Source of the DNA: a virus | Taxonomy: Duplodnaviria; Caudoviricetes | Strand: one strand, 5' to 3' | DNA: 56,241 nt | IMG/VR virus record: IMGVR_UViG_3300038825_000174 | Location: 1 to 56,241 of that record | In this document: piece after piece, positions 45,501-54,712 of the stretch | Layout: the number at the start of each line of letters is the position of its first letter | Position numbering within the stretch: position 1 is the stretch's first letter | The notes under the pieces: generated by a model | Database searches by the model: none | Told to the model about the DNA's origin: nothing | Seen by the model: the letters and a program-made list of their open reading frames with translations, nothing else | Program-made: the position numbers and the translations under genes

Positions 45501-46613
45501 ATTATTTATTATCTCTTCAACTTCTGCCCCATCTTCTGCTATAATTTTACCATTATTATCTATACGTTCCATAGTTTCATCAGATACTTTGCCTGTTTTC
45601 TTCTGCTCTAGTTTAGCATCTTCTATGGCTATCTTTTTATCTTTTACTGCACCAAATACTTTGGCTATTTTATCTCCTGCATAGGTTAATGGGACTCCAA
45701 ATACTATACCCTCTCCTGCCCCTTTGAGTCTTTTTACAGCCAAGCTGTCATCATCCTGTCTTGCTATGTACTCTGACATATTGGTGTCAAATACACCATC
45801 CAAAAATGATACACCTAAGTCTGTCATTAATGTTTCTTCTGGATCAAAAAATGCTGCACCCACTATGGCTTCTTTTAAAAATAGGTTTTTGTACCCATGA
45901 TTACCAAGCTTTGTTAGTTTGCCTGTGATTCCATACCCTGTAGCAAACTGTGTAATTCCCTCAGTTAATCCACCTAAAACAGATTCTGTTTCTGCAGTTT
46001 CAAATCCTAAGGCTGTAACAGCATTGTCTCTAAGCTCATCAATTTTATTTGATGTCTTATATAATAGAGGTGCATTCTTTATCTCCTCACCATACTGTTG
46101 TTTTAGTTGTTTATATTCGCTAGGAGATATATAATCTGGTATTTGAAACAAGTCCATAAGGTCAAAGCCCTTTTTGCCCTTATCTTCAAAATTTAGTGTC
46201 CCTAAATATTCATAAGATGCTTTGTCTATATCACCTATTGTTTGAGCTAGTTCTGCCACAGCACTAGGTACACCTCTTATACCACCTTTTATCATATCTC
46301 CAACATAATCAGTAAAGCCCCACTCCTCATCTTCAGGAGCAAGCTCTGTCTTCTGTTCTGTTGTAGTTTTTGTGGGATCTATTTGGGCATGATCACCCAT
46401 AGTGTCTTGTGGAGTTACACTCGTATCATTGAGGTCATTTCCAGTAGACTCTCCTTCTAGTATACTAGCTATATATTCATCATTACTTTGCCTTTTTGTA
46501 GGTTGTAATTGTCTAGGTAATTCTGGTTGTTGCTCTGAATCCTGTGACTGAGAAACATCACCACCTAGCATACTCGCTATGTAGTCATCATTTTGTTGTT
46601 GTTGTGGGTTCAT
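42507..46613 (-). CDS. Large internal virion (ejection) protein, 1368 aa
   Basis: Size, helical composition, PFPRF motif, last of the internal virion gene block. Confidence 0.6.
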   Translation of the reverse strand: MNPQQQQNDDYIASMLGGDVSQSQDSEQQPELPRQLQPTKRQSNDEYIASILEGESTGNDLNDTSVTPQDTMGDHAQIDPTKTTTEQKTELAPEDEEWGFTDYVGDMIKGGIRGVPSAVAELAQTIGDIDKASYEYLGTLNFEDKGKKGFDLMDLFQIPDYISPSEYKQLKQQYGEEIKNAPLLYKTSNKIDELRDNAVTALGFETAETESVLGGLTEGITQFATGYGITGKLTKLGNHGYKNLFLKEAIVGAAFFDPEETLMTDLGVSFLDGVFDTNMSEYIARQDDDSLAVKRLKGAGEGIVFGVPLTYAGDKIAKVFGAVKDKKIAIEDAKLEQKKTGKVSDETMERIDNNGKIIAEDGAEVEEIINNAKVGKETVKKAKKISENVQKIKAKQTEVKQKKIKENKEVVKSEVKIHNELVEEFEDNLGINKDFIRGDSGYITITTVKGGKRILDPTKLEAAKNLSVQKIDEVDTANSKLATRQDPRMPQSIYIEKGVEDKYDINELFDRVLKVENIEALTVVAKELRDANPSMWKDKKKITIRDQKTGKKRRVTVKKSVMENIFDSVTRGDLTLRGDHPLFDALDKAGMSFEDFTLMHLGSASQAGKILNKYSQLAKRVKPKSQKQQDELDEMLRNQNRTAQWFRRVENVRRGLLVSQIATAARNLESGLLRTPVEALNNIIETATMDIANGNFFSGKNRLIKKTTWTDSFAGMRYIYSDRKTAKEFTDILLGDPDNPDLVAHPKLQDFSDRMFNTINEIQLATGRGSDTTFDKLISKAEDFTQLLNKPNRWQDFMLRRGIFMGEAQRLFRQKWDIDLIEVLNSGRLDDLMNDARDLNPTFKVVDGKDQLGVTATEIFAEATERALDLTYANPPESPFGKAFANFITKNNLTVIIPFPRFMAKSMELMAENSVGAFMPLTRRIYGLTGYGAKRFGDGLTAREHRMIARNTTGALGVMAASMMLQETDQQGEDYKLVPVGDGTVLDVTPLFPLRQFFFLGKILNEYYRASEQTDWLSGGKEAFFQTFDRREWAETFLGTSFRTGVAGNLVDEAASLFNEQDLTNDEWWGRNSGQILGDYLSTFAVPLNQVLDTQRALGMRGLAYKETAKDPEIVSGTDAFIEGFVKPFRKYDPFGAVVDESALPKKEDPFQEERRRVAPLAKVALGLNMYTADSEEGKKLKSLGFDKWDVSSRSRIPTVRNFENKSIRENLPSIVEEATELEALWGSMYDANQRELSQIGGGRILGLIDTGISKEKYIKDNVKKYIKDQIDLFRNPTDSLVALDDPQKVLEYQSMTDYRRLSKNQRSKGWFRFVEEEERSPFDFTSEYLERALPEFEDLSADDKEQALKNLKLQDLQLLFLYGKESP

Positions 46614-47836
46614 TGTTGTGGATTATATGTATCTAATGGATTTTCAGGAATGAATAATTGTATGCCTGTAGGATTTGCCTGAGTAGGCTCTGCAAAACCT
46701 CTAAATATTTCATACTTAGCCTGACCATTAACTATGTGCTTTACGACATCTCCTGCTTTTAGTGTTCTTTTGTCAACATCAGACATTACACGTAAATTTA
46801 TTAATTTTGGTTTGTTTACTTTTGTAGGATTACGATCTCTTTCTGCACCTTGTTTTATTCTTTGAAAATATTCTAAATTATATTCGTTTATTAATTGTGT
46901 ATTAGCATTCACAATAAGTTCATTCATGAAGGCTGCACTACCACCACTAATTGCATTTGGATTTTCAGGACTATATGCCTGTATTTCATTTTTCATGCTG
47001 TCTATACTTGTTAGGTAGGCTTCAAATGCTCTACCATAATTACCTGTAAATTTTTTCTGGACTCTGCCTAAATTATCACTAACTATAAGCTCTCCAAATG
47101 CACCTTTCTTAGCATCTTTTACTTTACGTAGTGCTAGAGACATATATCCTGATGCTAACAAACCTGTATTACCTGTTGTCTGTTCCATCTCAACATACTT
47201 CTTTGTTAGCTCTGTAATTAAATCTCTTTTCTGATTTACTAACTTCTGATTTTGTTCTACATTTGTACCTTTATCTATCAGTTGTTCAAGACGATATATT
47301 GAGTTATATTGATTCTCTATTTGCTTCTTAAATCCAACAGGATCACCTATAGATTCTAGTGCTTTAAGTTGGTCAGATATCTCTGTTCTGTATGGATTCT
47401 TATATACCTTGCCCTCTAGTCTTGCATCCAATAAGTTACTCTGAACATAGTTTACAGCACCACCCTCTATATCTTCTGGACTAAAGTTCTGTCCAAAGGT
47501 AACATTTAGTGAAGAGCCAAAGTCTATATCGTTGTCATTAGCAATTTGTTTAAGATTTCGTAGCCTTTCTACATTAGCCATGCCACCTGACATGTTTGCA
47601 GCTATTTGATTTTCATCTAGACCTAAAGCTGATAAAGCTTCTTGCACTTCTACAAGTTTATCTAACTGATCAAATCTTCTTCTTTTATACAATAAATCTA
47701 CTGCATGTTGTCTACCTGCTGCAGCTTCTGCAGATCTGGCTGCCCTGTCTCTTTCTCTCTGCTCTCTATCTAGACCCTCCTGTATGGTCTTAGATGCACC
47801 ACCTGCAGCTAATCCTAACGCTGTTAAAAACTTCAT
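46610..47836 (-). CDS. Putative internal virion protein
   Basis: Gly/Ala-rich N-terminus followed by coiled coil; synteny. Confidence 0.5.
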   Translation of the reverse strand: MKFLTALGLAAGGASKTIQEGLDREQRERDRAARSAEAAAGRQHAVDLLYKRRRFDQLDKLVEVQEALSALGLDENQIAANMSGGMANVERLRNLKQIANDNDIDFGSSLNVTFGQNFSPEDIEGGAVNYVQSNLLDARLEGKVYKNPYRTEISDQLKALESIGDPVGFKKQIENQYNSIYRLEQLIDKGTNVEQNQKLVNQKRDLITELTKKYVEMEQTTGNTGLLASGYMSLALRKVKDAKKGAFGELIVSDNLGRVQKKFTGNYGRAFEAYLTSIDSMKNEIQAYSPENPNAISGGSAAFMNELIVNANTQLINEYNLEYFQRIKQGAERDRNPTKVNKPKLINLRVMSDVDKRTLKAGDVVKHIVNGQAKYEIFRGFAEPTQANPTGIQLFIPENPLDTYNPQQ

Positions 47837-47837
47837 C

Positions 47838-48344
47838 CTACTGTTCCCTTCTTGTCATCAAACCCATTGGTGGCTGTTCTGGTGGTTGCTCTGGCTGTGG
47901 TTGTGGAGCAGGTTCTTCTGCCCCCTTCATTGCTTTTAGCTTACCCTGCTTTCTAGCTAGTGCTATAGTTGCAGGACTAATCTCTCCAGTTTCTTCTCTC
48001 TCCATGCCACTCTTGAATGGCACTTGATTAGCTTCAGCCATGTTGGACATAAGTTCTACAAGTATAGGTATTACAAGCATACCCACATCAATACTGTGCT
48101 TACCTTCCATAACAGATGCCAGTTGCATAGTGTTGGCAAGCGTTGTCAGTGGCACACCTAATTCTATAACGGTTAATAGCTCTGGTGCAAAGTCTGGATC
48201 TTCTAGCTTTTGCACATAATATTCCATAGCTTGTTCTACTGTAGCCATTTGTGGTGGTTGTTGCCAAGGTCTACCACCTAAAGGTGCAGTCATTCCCATT
48301 CCCGGAATAGGAGCATCCATTTGTATTTGTCTATCATCAGCCAT
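47838..48344 (-). CDS. Conserved virion-associated protein
   Basis: APIPGMGMT..LG.RPWQQPPQ, G.HSID motifs. Confidence 0.55.
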   Translation of the reverse strand: MADDRQIQMDAPIPGMGMTAPLGGRPWQQPPQMATVEQAMEYYVQKLEDPDFAPELLTVIELGVPLTTLANTMQLASVMEGKHSIDVGMLVIPILVELMSNMAEANQVPFKSGMEREETGEISPATIALARKQGKLKAMKGAEEPAPQPQPEQPPEQPPMGLMTRREQ

Positions 48345-48561
48345 CTTGCTTATACTTCTCTCTTATTCTTCTAATAGCCTGTACATAAGACGCAACTTTA
48401 TCCATAACGTCTTGTTTTGCTTCAGGTGCTGTTGGTGTTTGTTTACTAACTAATCCTCTGGTAGCTTTTGACTCTAGCTCCATAGGTTTTTGCCTATTGA
48501 TTATTGCTTCCAAGTTTAAGCAAGCATCTACGGCAGGGTTTGTTGGGCTGTATCTGCTCAT
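48337..48561 (-). CDS. Hypothetical protein
   Basis: Coupled ORF in the operon. Confidence 0.5.
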   Translation of the reverse strand: MSRYSPTNPAVDACLNLEAIINRQKPMELESKATRGLVSKQTPTAPEAKQDVMDKVASYVQAIRRIREKYKQDG

Positions 48562-50555
48562 ATTGGTAATAACTTTCCTAATATGCTGTCAGATCCTGCA
48601 GTCAGGAATGTACCTATTAGACTACCAAAACCTACAGCACTATCATAATCTGCTTTCATCTCTGTCAACTCCTTAGATGTTTCAGATTGTAGCTGTGCTA
48701 TTGCCATCTGCACAATTCTCTGTCTTTCATTCTCAGAACTTTCCCATGACATTTCCATAACGTCATTGTAATAGTTCCACAAGTTATTGTATGCACTGTT
48801 TGACATGTTGAGTAATGCAGTAGCATTAAGTTCATTAGCTCTGTTAATAGCTGTAGTATCAGCAGTAGCTATCTCTCTTCTCCACTGTGCATTGTTCTGA
48901 TCTATAATTAACCTGTTCTTTGAATTAAACTGATCACGCTGATTCTGCATCTCTTTATTAAACTTCTCCATTGCATTCTTCTCACCTGCATTAAACTGCT
49001 TGTGAGCATTTTGTTGGGCAGCATTGAACTGAGATGTTTGAGTTCTTAGATTTGCAAAGAACTGATCTACCTGATTCTGACTAGTAGCATTAAATTGTTT
49101 TGCTGCATTTTCTGCAGCTTGATCATTAAACAGAGCAGTCTGCATTGACTGAGCCTTGAATAACTCTGTCTGTTGTTTATTAGAGAGGTTAGCCATATCT
49201 AATTGCAAGAAGTTTTGTGCATTCATAACCTGTGCTTGTTGTCTATTGTTTAAATTAGCCATATCCATGTTAGCTAATGCACTTGCTTCTGTCATTATAA
49301 GAGCTTGTCTATTGCTTAGATTAGCAAGCTCCATAGTGTTTACAGCCCTACTATTCTCTAATATGACTTGTTGCTCTGCATTAAAGTTCATGTTAGCTAT
49401 GTCACTAACTTTTGCAGCATTCATAACCTTGGCTTGAAATGCTTGGTCAAACTCCATGCCCATAAATTCAGCACGTTGTTGGGCAGCAAGCATGGCACGT
49501 TGTTGTCTGTTGGATAAGTTTTGTGCTTCAAAGGAAGCTATAGTTTTTGCATCGGCTGATGCAATAGGTAGGGCAGACTCTAGGGCTGCCTGAACCATAG
49601 CCTGTCCTGCAATACTAGATGCTCCCATACCTCGTTGAGCCATTGCAGCTTGAACACCTCGTAATGCTCCTGCCGCCCATGCAGGTGGGTTCTTTGCATC
49701 AAAGTCTGCTGTAAGGTTGGCTAGTTGTCCTTGTACGGTAGCTTTCTCTGATGGTGTGGCAGTAGCTGCCTGTACTTCTTCTGTAAACTTAGATGCTTTC
49801 TCTGCATTAGCTACAGGGTCTACTTTTTCACCTATCTCAAGCTCTCTCTTTGCAGGGCTGTTTATTATATGTGCCTTACCTTCAGCAGCTTCTAGACTGC
49901 CAACTAAAGATTCAGTAGCTTCTTGTGCAGTTACCTTTGCTCTTACATCATCTGGATTTGTTTGGGCAGCTTCTAGTGCTTTGTTTACACTGTCTACCTG
50001 TGTAGCCTTTTGATCTGCATCATAGGTTCTTGCTTCAGCTTCCTTTGTTGGAAAAGGAAAAAATCCTGATCTAAATTCTGCTGATTCTGCTGACATTGGT
50101 CCTGTGGAAAGTGGTCTAGCATAAAAGTCATATTTAGGATTAGGATTAAAGGCTGTAGCTGTAGAAGCAAATGTAGGTGTAGTAGCTGTGCCTGTAGGTG
50201 TAGTGCCTAGCTTGGATGCCCTAGGATCTATGTCTTGATCTGGAGATGTAGGCACACCAAATGGATTTACCATAGCACCTTTTGGCATCTTAGGATCTGT
50301 GACTCGTTTAGCTGTTACGTCTGTAATAGTAGTTTTCTTTGGTTTTTCAGGTGTAGTATCTCCACCCTCTTGCATCTTCTTTACATAACCACCCTCTACC
50401 ATCTTACGTGCCATGTCCTGATAACGCATCATTTCTGATTGTCTATCTGGATTGTCTTCTAAGAACTTTTGAAAGTCTTTTATATTGCCTTGAAACCCCA
50501 TAGCATTGGCTATCTTTTCCATGCCAGAGGGTTTAAATCCTTGAAATGTATTCAT
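48558..50555 (-). CDS. Putative internal virion / DNA-ejection (pilot-like) protein
   Basis: Q/N/A-rich NL.N.QQ and QFNA repeats; hydrophobic Gly-rich C-terminus. Confidence 0.6.
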   Translation of the reverse strand: MNTFQGFKPSGMEKIANAMGFQGNIKDFQKFLEDNPDRQSEMMRYQDMARKMVEGGYVKKMQEGGDTTPEKPKKTTITDVTAKRVTDPKMPKGAMVNPFGVPTSPDQDIDPRASKLGTTPTGTATTPTFASTATAFNPNPKYDFYARPLSTGPMSAESAEFRSGFFPFPTKEAEARTYDADQKATQVDSVNKALEAAQTNPDDVRAKVTAQEATESLVGSLEAAEGKAHIINSPAKRELEIGEKVDPVANAEKASKFTEEVQAATATPSEKATVQGQLANLTADFDAKNPPAWAAGALRGVQAAMAQRGMGASSIAGQAMVQAALESALPIASADAKTIASFEAQNLSNRQQRAMLAAQQRAEFMGMEFDQAFQAKVMNAAKVSDIANMNFNAEQQVILENSRAVNTMELANLSNRQALIMTEASALANMDMANLNNRQQAQVMNAQNFLQLDMANLSNKQQTELFKAQSMQTALFNDQAAENAAKQFNATSQNQVDQFFANLRTQTSQFNAAQQNAHKQFNAGEKNAMEKFNKEMQNQRDQFNSKNRLIIDQNNAQWRREIATADTTAINRANELNATALLNMSNSAYNNLWNYYNDVMEMSWESSENERQRIVQMAIAQLQSETSKELTEMKADYDSAVGFGSLIGTFLTAGSDSILGKLLPI

Positions 50556-50788
50556 CTGCTCTCTCTACTTAATACTCTATCTAGTTTATCTTCTAGTCTG
50601 TGTAGTGCTTCCATTACATGTTGCATCTCATCTCTAACTTCTGCTCGTGATGCATAGTCCTCTCGTGTTCTGTTTAGCAGTATGTCTATACGTTTTACCT
50701 CTGCCATCATGTTACGAAAAGCCCACACTGCAGGAGCTATGATGAGTGTCAACACTACGTTCCAAAATATTACTGGGTCTATTTCCAT
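50552..50788 (-). CDS. Small TM plus coiled-coil protein
   Basis: N-terminal TM; LNRTREDY and LEDKLD. Confidence 0.6.
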   Translation of the reverse strand: MEIDPVIFWNVVLTLIIAPAVWAFRNMMAEVKRIDILLNRTREDYASRAEVRDEMQHVMEALHRLEDKLDRVLSRESR

Positions 50789-50789
50789 A

Positions 50790-51257
50790 TTACTTCTTAA
50801 ATTTATCGTTGAGTGAGTCCACTACGCTGTCTATATTAGGCTCTTTACCGAAAGGATCATATTTGCAACGATACTCTGTAGGACACTGACCTTCAACCAC
50901 TAGCGTATATGTATCGTTTGCTCCTTTATATAAACAGACTTGTTGTCCGTTCTTGGCTTGCACTCTTTTGTATCTACGGCAAGTTATATACTTTGGGTCT
51001 TCACGTATGCCTAGTCTTTTCTCTTGCTCCCATGTCCAATCGCTAAACTTCTTGAGAAAGCAGGTGTAACAGTTCTTGATGTTGTCTGATTGTGCTAGTG
51101 TTATGATTCCGTTGTCTGCACAAAGCCACTCAAACGTATACTGTCCACCATCTTTTCTTACGCAGTTACCACCAACCTCTGTCGAACCCCATAAGACCGT
51201 ATACAAACCCACCCAAAACACTAACACCAATAGCAAGAACCACTGCCAATACGACAT
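50790..51257 (-). CDS. Cys-rich putative secreted or membrane-anchored protein (start uncertain)
   Basis: Hydrophobic N-terminus, eight Cys. Confidence 0.45.
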   Translation of the reverse strand: MSYWQWFLLLVLVFWVGLYTVLWGSTEVGGNCVRKDGGQYTFEWLCADNGIITLAQSDNIKNCYTCFLKKFSDWTWEQEKRLGIREDPKYITCRRYKRVQAKNGQQVCLYKGANDTYTLVVEGQCPTEYRCKYDPFGKEPNIDSVVDSLNDKFKK

Positions 51258-51660
51258 ATGTTATAACCTTTTCTCTGAACACTTGTTTGTCATATACTTC
51301 TTTCTGTCTTCTCTTGCGTATCTGACCTTCCATTGCAAGCAAATCGTCCCATGACTTACTGCCATATGTGAACATCAAAAACTGCTTTAGCTCATAGCGT
51401 TGTTCCTCTAGCTTCTTTTTAGCAGTATATGCTTCGATGGCTTCTTGCTCTATACTGCCACCACTAAACACCTTACGTAGCATTGATGGGTTTTTGGCTG
51501 ACTTGTGTGCGTTGTCTACATCACTGACTGCTCCCATCCACCGTGACAAGTCCTGTGACATTGCTTCCAAGTCTCGCCCTGCTTGGAACATACGCTTAAT
51601 GTTACTAAATGCTGCAGATGCTACGCTAAGACTTGCAGATATGGTAACAGGGTCAAACAC
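51166..51660 (-). CDS. Membrane protein
   Basis: MFDPVTI start (GTG), coiled coil, C-terminal TM. Confidence 0.6.
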   Translation of the reverse strand: MFDPVTISASLSVASAAFSNIKRMFQAGRDLEAMSQDLSRWMGAVSDVDNAHKSAKNPSMLRKVFSGGSIEQEAIEAYTAKKKLEEQRYELKQFLMFTYGSKSWDDLLAMEGQIRKRRQKEVYDKQVFREKVITYVVLAVVLAIGVSVLGGFVYGLMGFDRGWW

Positions 51661-51830
51661 TACTCAGCGTCCTTGATGGTCAGTTTACCTTCCTTTACAA
51701 GTTTTAGTATTAGTGCATAGTCTGTATTAGCAGGGTCTAGTGGTATAGACATTTCTGTACCATTTATGGTTGCCCTTATACTTACGTTTACATTATTACT
51801 TTTATGATATTGTGCTTGTGTTATATTCAT
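51660..51830 (-). CDS. Small tail fibre assembly-like protein (56 aa)
   Basis: Read manually: MNITQAQY...SIPLDPANTDYALIL...IKDAE; directly after a tail fibre gene. Confidence 0.6.
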   Translation of the reverse strand: MNITQAQYHKSNNVNVSIRATINGTEMSIPLDPANTDYALILKLVKEGKLTIKDAE

Positions 51831-51836
51831 TTTATC

Positions 51837-52949
51837 CTACAATTCTGCATCTATTGTAATTCCAAAATTAGTTCCATTAGTGTAAATTCTTCCTGAAGCT
51901 TCGTCTGTATGCCCACTTGTTGTTCCCTCTATCCAAAGTCTTCTGTCAGAAGCACTAGCACTAAGATTGATACCTGTTACATCCCTATTAGTACCATTCT
52001 CTCTAAATATAAAATTATTTGTTTTTGTAAGGGTAGGAGTTGCTCTCATATTAGAGTACATATTAATGATAAAATCTACTCTTGTTGTATTTTCTGCATG
52101 ACCATGACTGTCTGCTATCAACTCATTTGCATTTGCACCTTTTGCTGCATTTTGATAATACCTTAAACACTTAGCCAACGTCCTCTCAAAAGGCTCATGC
52201 TCAAAATCTGTTGGGTTCTGTCCTACTTCTATCTGAACACCTGTAATAAAAAAAGTTCTGTCTGTGCTGTCAAAGAATGACCCACCACCTGCTGCCCTGT
52301 TTGCATTTGTTTTAGAAGCCCATGTCGCAGGTAATGTGCCACTTGTAAAGTTTGACCCTGCATGTAAAAATATTTGTAAATGTAAACTTGCAGCATTGTC
52401 ATCGTCATATGCTCCTGTGGTATCAGCAGGAAATGATAACTCTACTCTTGACCAATCTGTTCCTACAGTAAATGTTTTACATACATGTCTTGAGTTATCT
52501 GCATCAAACAATTCACACACATATGTGGCACTTGCATTTCCTTTAACGTAAAAACTTACAGCATAAGGTTTGGCACTTGATGTTCCTTTACAAAAATGTT
52601 GTACGTTTTGTCCTTCTATTATTTGACTTAGAGTTACAAGTTCAGAAGCTCCAATAGATGTATCTGCTGTAGTACAATCTAGTTTTAAGCTATTTGCAAA
52701 CCCTTCTGGTGCAGAACTGTCTTGTGTTAATGTATATCGCCCTAATGTAGTACCCTCAACATCTACTGCCCACCTATCACAGACTTTATATCTATCTGCT
52801 GTAGTGCTAGTGTTAGCACCCAACCCTGTGCTTGACGTTCCTCTCTGTGCCACATTCATTGCACCATTGATGATGACATTCCTGTTTACTCCACCCCCAC
52901 CTGCGTTGATGTTGCCTATAAGGTTTGCTAATTCTGCTGCTTTGCTCAT
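51837..52949 (-). CDS. Tail fibre / receptor-binding protein with a carbohydrate-binding-like domain
   Basis: RNVIINGAMNVAQRG, DRW, Q.IEG, ITGVQIEVG...T.FEH...LAKC.RYY, C-terminal DAEL. Confidence 0.75.
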   Translation of the reverse strand: MSKAAELANLIGNINAGGGGVNRNVIINGAMNVAQRGTSSTGLGANTSTTADRYKVCDRWAVDVEGTTLGRYTLTQDSSAPEGFANSLKLDCTTADTSIGASELVTLSQIIEGQNVQHFCKGTSSAKPYAVSFYVKGNASATYVCELFDADNSRHVCKTFTVGTDWSRVELSFPADTTGAYDDDNAASLHLQIFLHAGSNFTSGTLPATWASKTNANRAAGGGSFFDSTDRTFFITGVQIEVGQNPTDFEHEPFERTLAKCLRYYQNAAKGANANELIADSHGHAENTTRVDFIINMYSNMRATPTLTKTNNFIFRENGTNRDVTGINLSASASDRRLWIEGTTSGHTDEASGRIYTNGTNFGITIDAEL

Positions 52950-53359
52950 GCTAAGTCTCCATGTGCTATAAATGATGCGTCATCTGGGTCTACTCTATTA
53001 TTGTGCTGACCGTCTGCAAGATTAATGGAGTTTAGTTGATAGTTACTTGTAGCAAAGGTCACTCGTCCACTTACGGCTAAGTTTGTTGACCCTATGTCTA
53101 CAGCAACACCAGATGTAGCATAATTTGTACTACTCATATTATTTGTAAAATTAATTGTTTGAAGACCTGTAGAAGCATCAGTAATTGATGCCGTGTTAAA
53201 ACTATCTCCAACAGCAGGTGTTGTTTGATTATAAAATGCCCATTGTTTAGCTAATCCCTGTTGCAGATTAGTCGTGGTGCTATTCCCTTCGCCTGTCACA
53301 GCGATTGACCCTGCTGTGCTGACACCTGTTAATGTATTTATTTTAAGTGTTGATGCCAT
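52946..53359 (-). CDS. Small tail-associated protein, GDLA paralog family
   Basis: N-terminus nearly identical to 611-1039; QQGLAKQW; GDLA. Confidence 0.7.
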   Translation of the reverse strand: MASTLKINTLTGVSTAGSIAVTGEGNSTTTNLQQGLAKQWAFYNQTTPAVGDSFNTASITDASTGLQTINFTNNMSSTNYATSGVAVDIGSTNLAVSGRVTFATSNYQLNSINLADGQHNNRVDPDDASFIAHGDLA

Positions 53360-53841
53360 TATGCTAAGTCTCCAGTTATTTGAACGCTTACTTCTTGTGC
53401 GTCAATGTGAGAGTCTGAAAGATTTTTAGAGTATACTCTAACTGAACCTGCTAGAGTGTTTGTAGCATTTAATGGAGAAAAAACTTGTTCTGAACCATTA
53501 CAAGTGTGTGCATAGTCATCATTTGCCATATCATTGTCTATAGATATAGTGTACTGTCCTGTGCCATGGTCGGTTAAACCAGAAACATTAAAACTATCAT
53601 CGTTTGAAATGCTACTTTCCTCTCCATTAAACTTGCACCAAGCTTTAACTAACCCCTGCTGTACACTCGTAGTAGTCGTACCACCCTCTCCAACGATAGT
53701 GGTCTGTCCTGTAGAGTTCATGGTTAGCTTTGTAGCATTGGCTACCTTCAGCAATATCTGGTCATTAGTCGCAAGGTCAATCCCAGTGTCATTATCTCCC
53801 CCTGCATTGACGATTGTATCTACTTTAATTTCACTTGCCAT
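53359..53841 (-). CDS. Small tail-associated protein, GDLA paralog family
   Basis: QQGLVKAW...SFNVSGLTDHGTGQYT...GDLA. Confidence 0.7.
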   Translation of the reverse strand: MASEIKVDTIVNAGGDNDTGIDLATNDQILLKVANATKLTMNSTGQTTIVGEGGTTTTSVQQGLVKAWCKFNGEESSISNDDSFNVSGLTDHGTGQYTISIDNDMANDDYAHTCNGSEQVFSPLNATNTLAGSVRVYSKNLSDSHIDAQEVSVQITGDLA

Positions 53842-54251
53842 TATGCTAAATCTCCTGCTACCTGAAAACTGGTTTGAGCATCATCATCATTGTCGGAATT
53901 ATCAGTTTGGCTCACTCTTATTACTACACTAGATGCACCTTGTGTACCACCTGCGTTACTTTTTGTTGTGCAATTATGAAAACCACTATTACCTGCATTT
54001 CCTGCACAAGAATAATTTACATTACTCATTACATTGGTAAAACCAAATTGATGTATACCAGTATTTACATCCGTGATAGAACCAATATTAAAGTTGTCAG
54101 ATATAGAGTTATTGTCACCATCATAATTGCACCAAGCTTTAACTAATCCTTGCTGTAAGTTAGTAGTCGCAGATGTGCCTTCACCCAAGACATTTATACT
54201 GCCACCTGTGGTGCTACCTTTTAAATTATCTACTCTAAGTTCACTTGTCAT
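53841..54251 (-). CDS. Small tail-associated protein, GDLA paralog family
   Basis: TTNLQQGLVKAW...GDLA. Confidence 0.7.
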   Translation of the reverse strand: MTSELRVDNLKGSTTGGSINVLGEGTSATTNLQQGLVKAWCNYDGDNNSISDNFNIGSITDVNTGIHQFGFTNVMSNVNYSCAGNAGNSGFHNCTTKSNAGGTQGASSVVIRVSQTDNSDNDDDAQTSFQVAGDLA

Positions 54252-54712
54252 AATATTGTATAAAATCCATTAACTGTTAGCGTTGCTGATGCACCGACTG
54301 TAATAGGTCCTGCTGACAGTGCATTGGTTGTACTACTGATTGTTACATCAGCACTGATAGTCTGACCATTAGTTCGTATGATGCTGTCGTTACCTAAGAA
54401 GGGATAGCGTGTGTCAGACTCAGACTTGGTGTAGCTGTTGGCTATACTGAATGTGTCATACACGACTATCTCTACTACATCATTAGCTGATGCTCCTGTG
54501 ACCAACACGACTGATGTACCTGATGTAGAGGTGTAGTCGGTTGCAGGTTTGAGCAAGATTCCATTCTGAAAAACATCAACATATTCGGAGTCTGGATATG
54601 TCAATGTGAGTGAGTTAGCATCTGAGCCACTAAAGGTTGTCTGCCCTGCTGTTGCTTGGTAGATGAACCTGTTACGGATGCCTTGCTGTGGTGCTTTTCC
54701 TATATACGGCAT
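54248..54712 (-). CDS. Putative tail fibre/adaptor structural protein (paralog of 1452-1901)
   Basis: MPYIGK start, ATAGQTTF, VFQNGILL, DY; C-terminal RTNGQTI..DVTI...NA...GP. Confidence 0.6.
   Translation of the reverse strand: MPYIGKAPQQGIRNRFIYQATAGQTTFSGSDANSLTLTYPDSEYVDVFQNGILLKPATDYTSTSGTSVVLVTGASANDVVEIVVYDTFSIANSYTKSESDTRYPFLGNDSIIRTNGQTISADVTISSTTNALSAGPITVGASATLTVNGFYTIL

Noticed and set aside
42507-46613. Virion-encapsidated RNA polymerase (N4-like) to explain the hairpin elements
   Set aside because: No RNA polymerase catalytic motifs recognisable by eye and the protein is much smaller than N4 vRNAP. A structure search would be needed to exclude it fully.
225-54712. Diversity-generating retroelement or invertase shufflon behind the GDLA paralogs
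   Set aside because: No reverse transcriptase, no TR/VR pair differing only at adenines, and all copies share one orientation with no inverted crossover sites seen.
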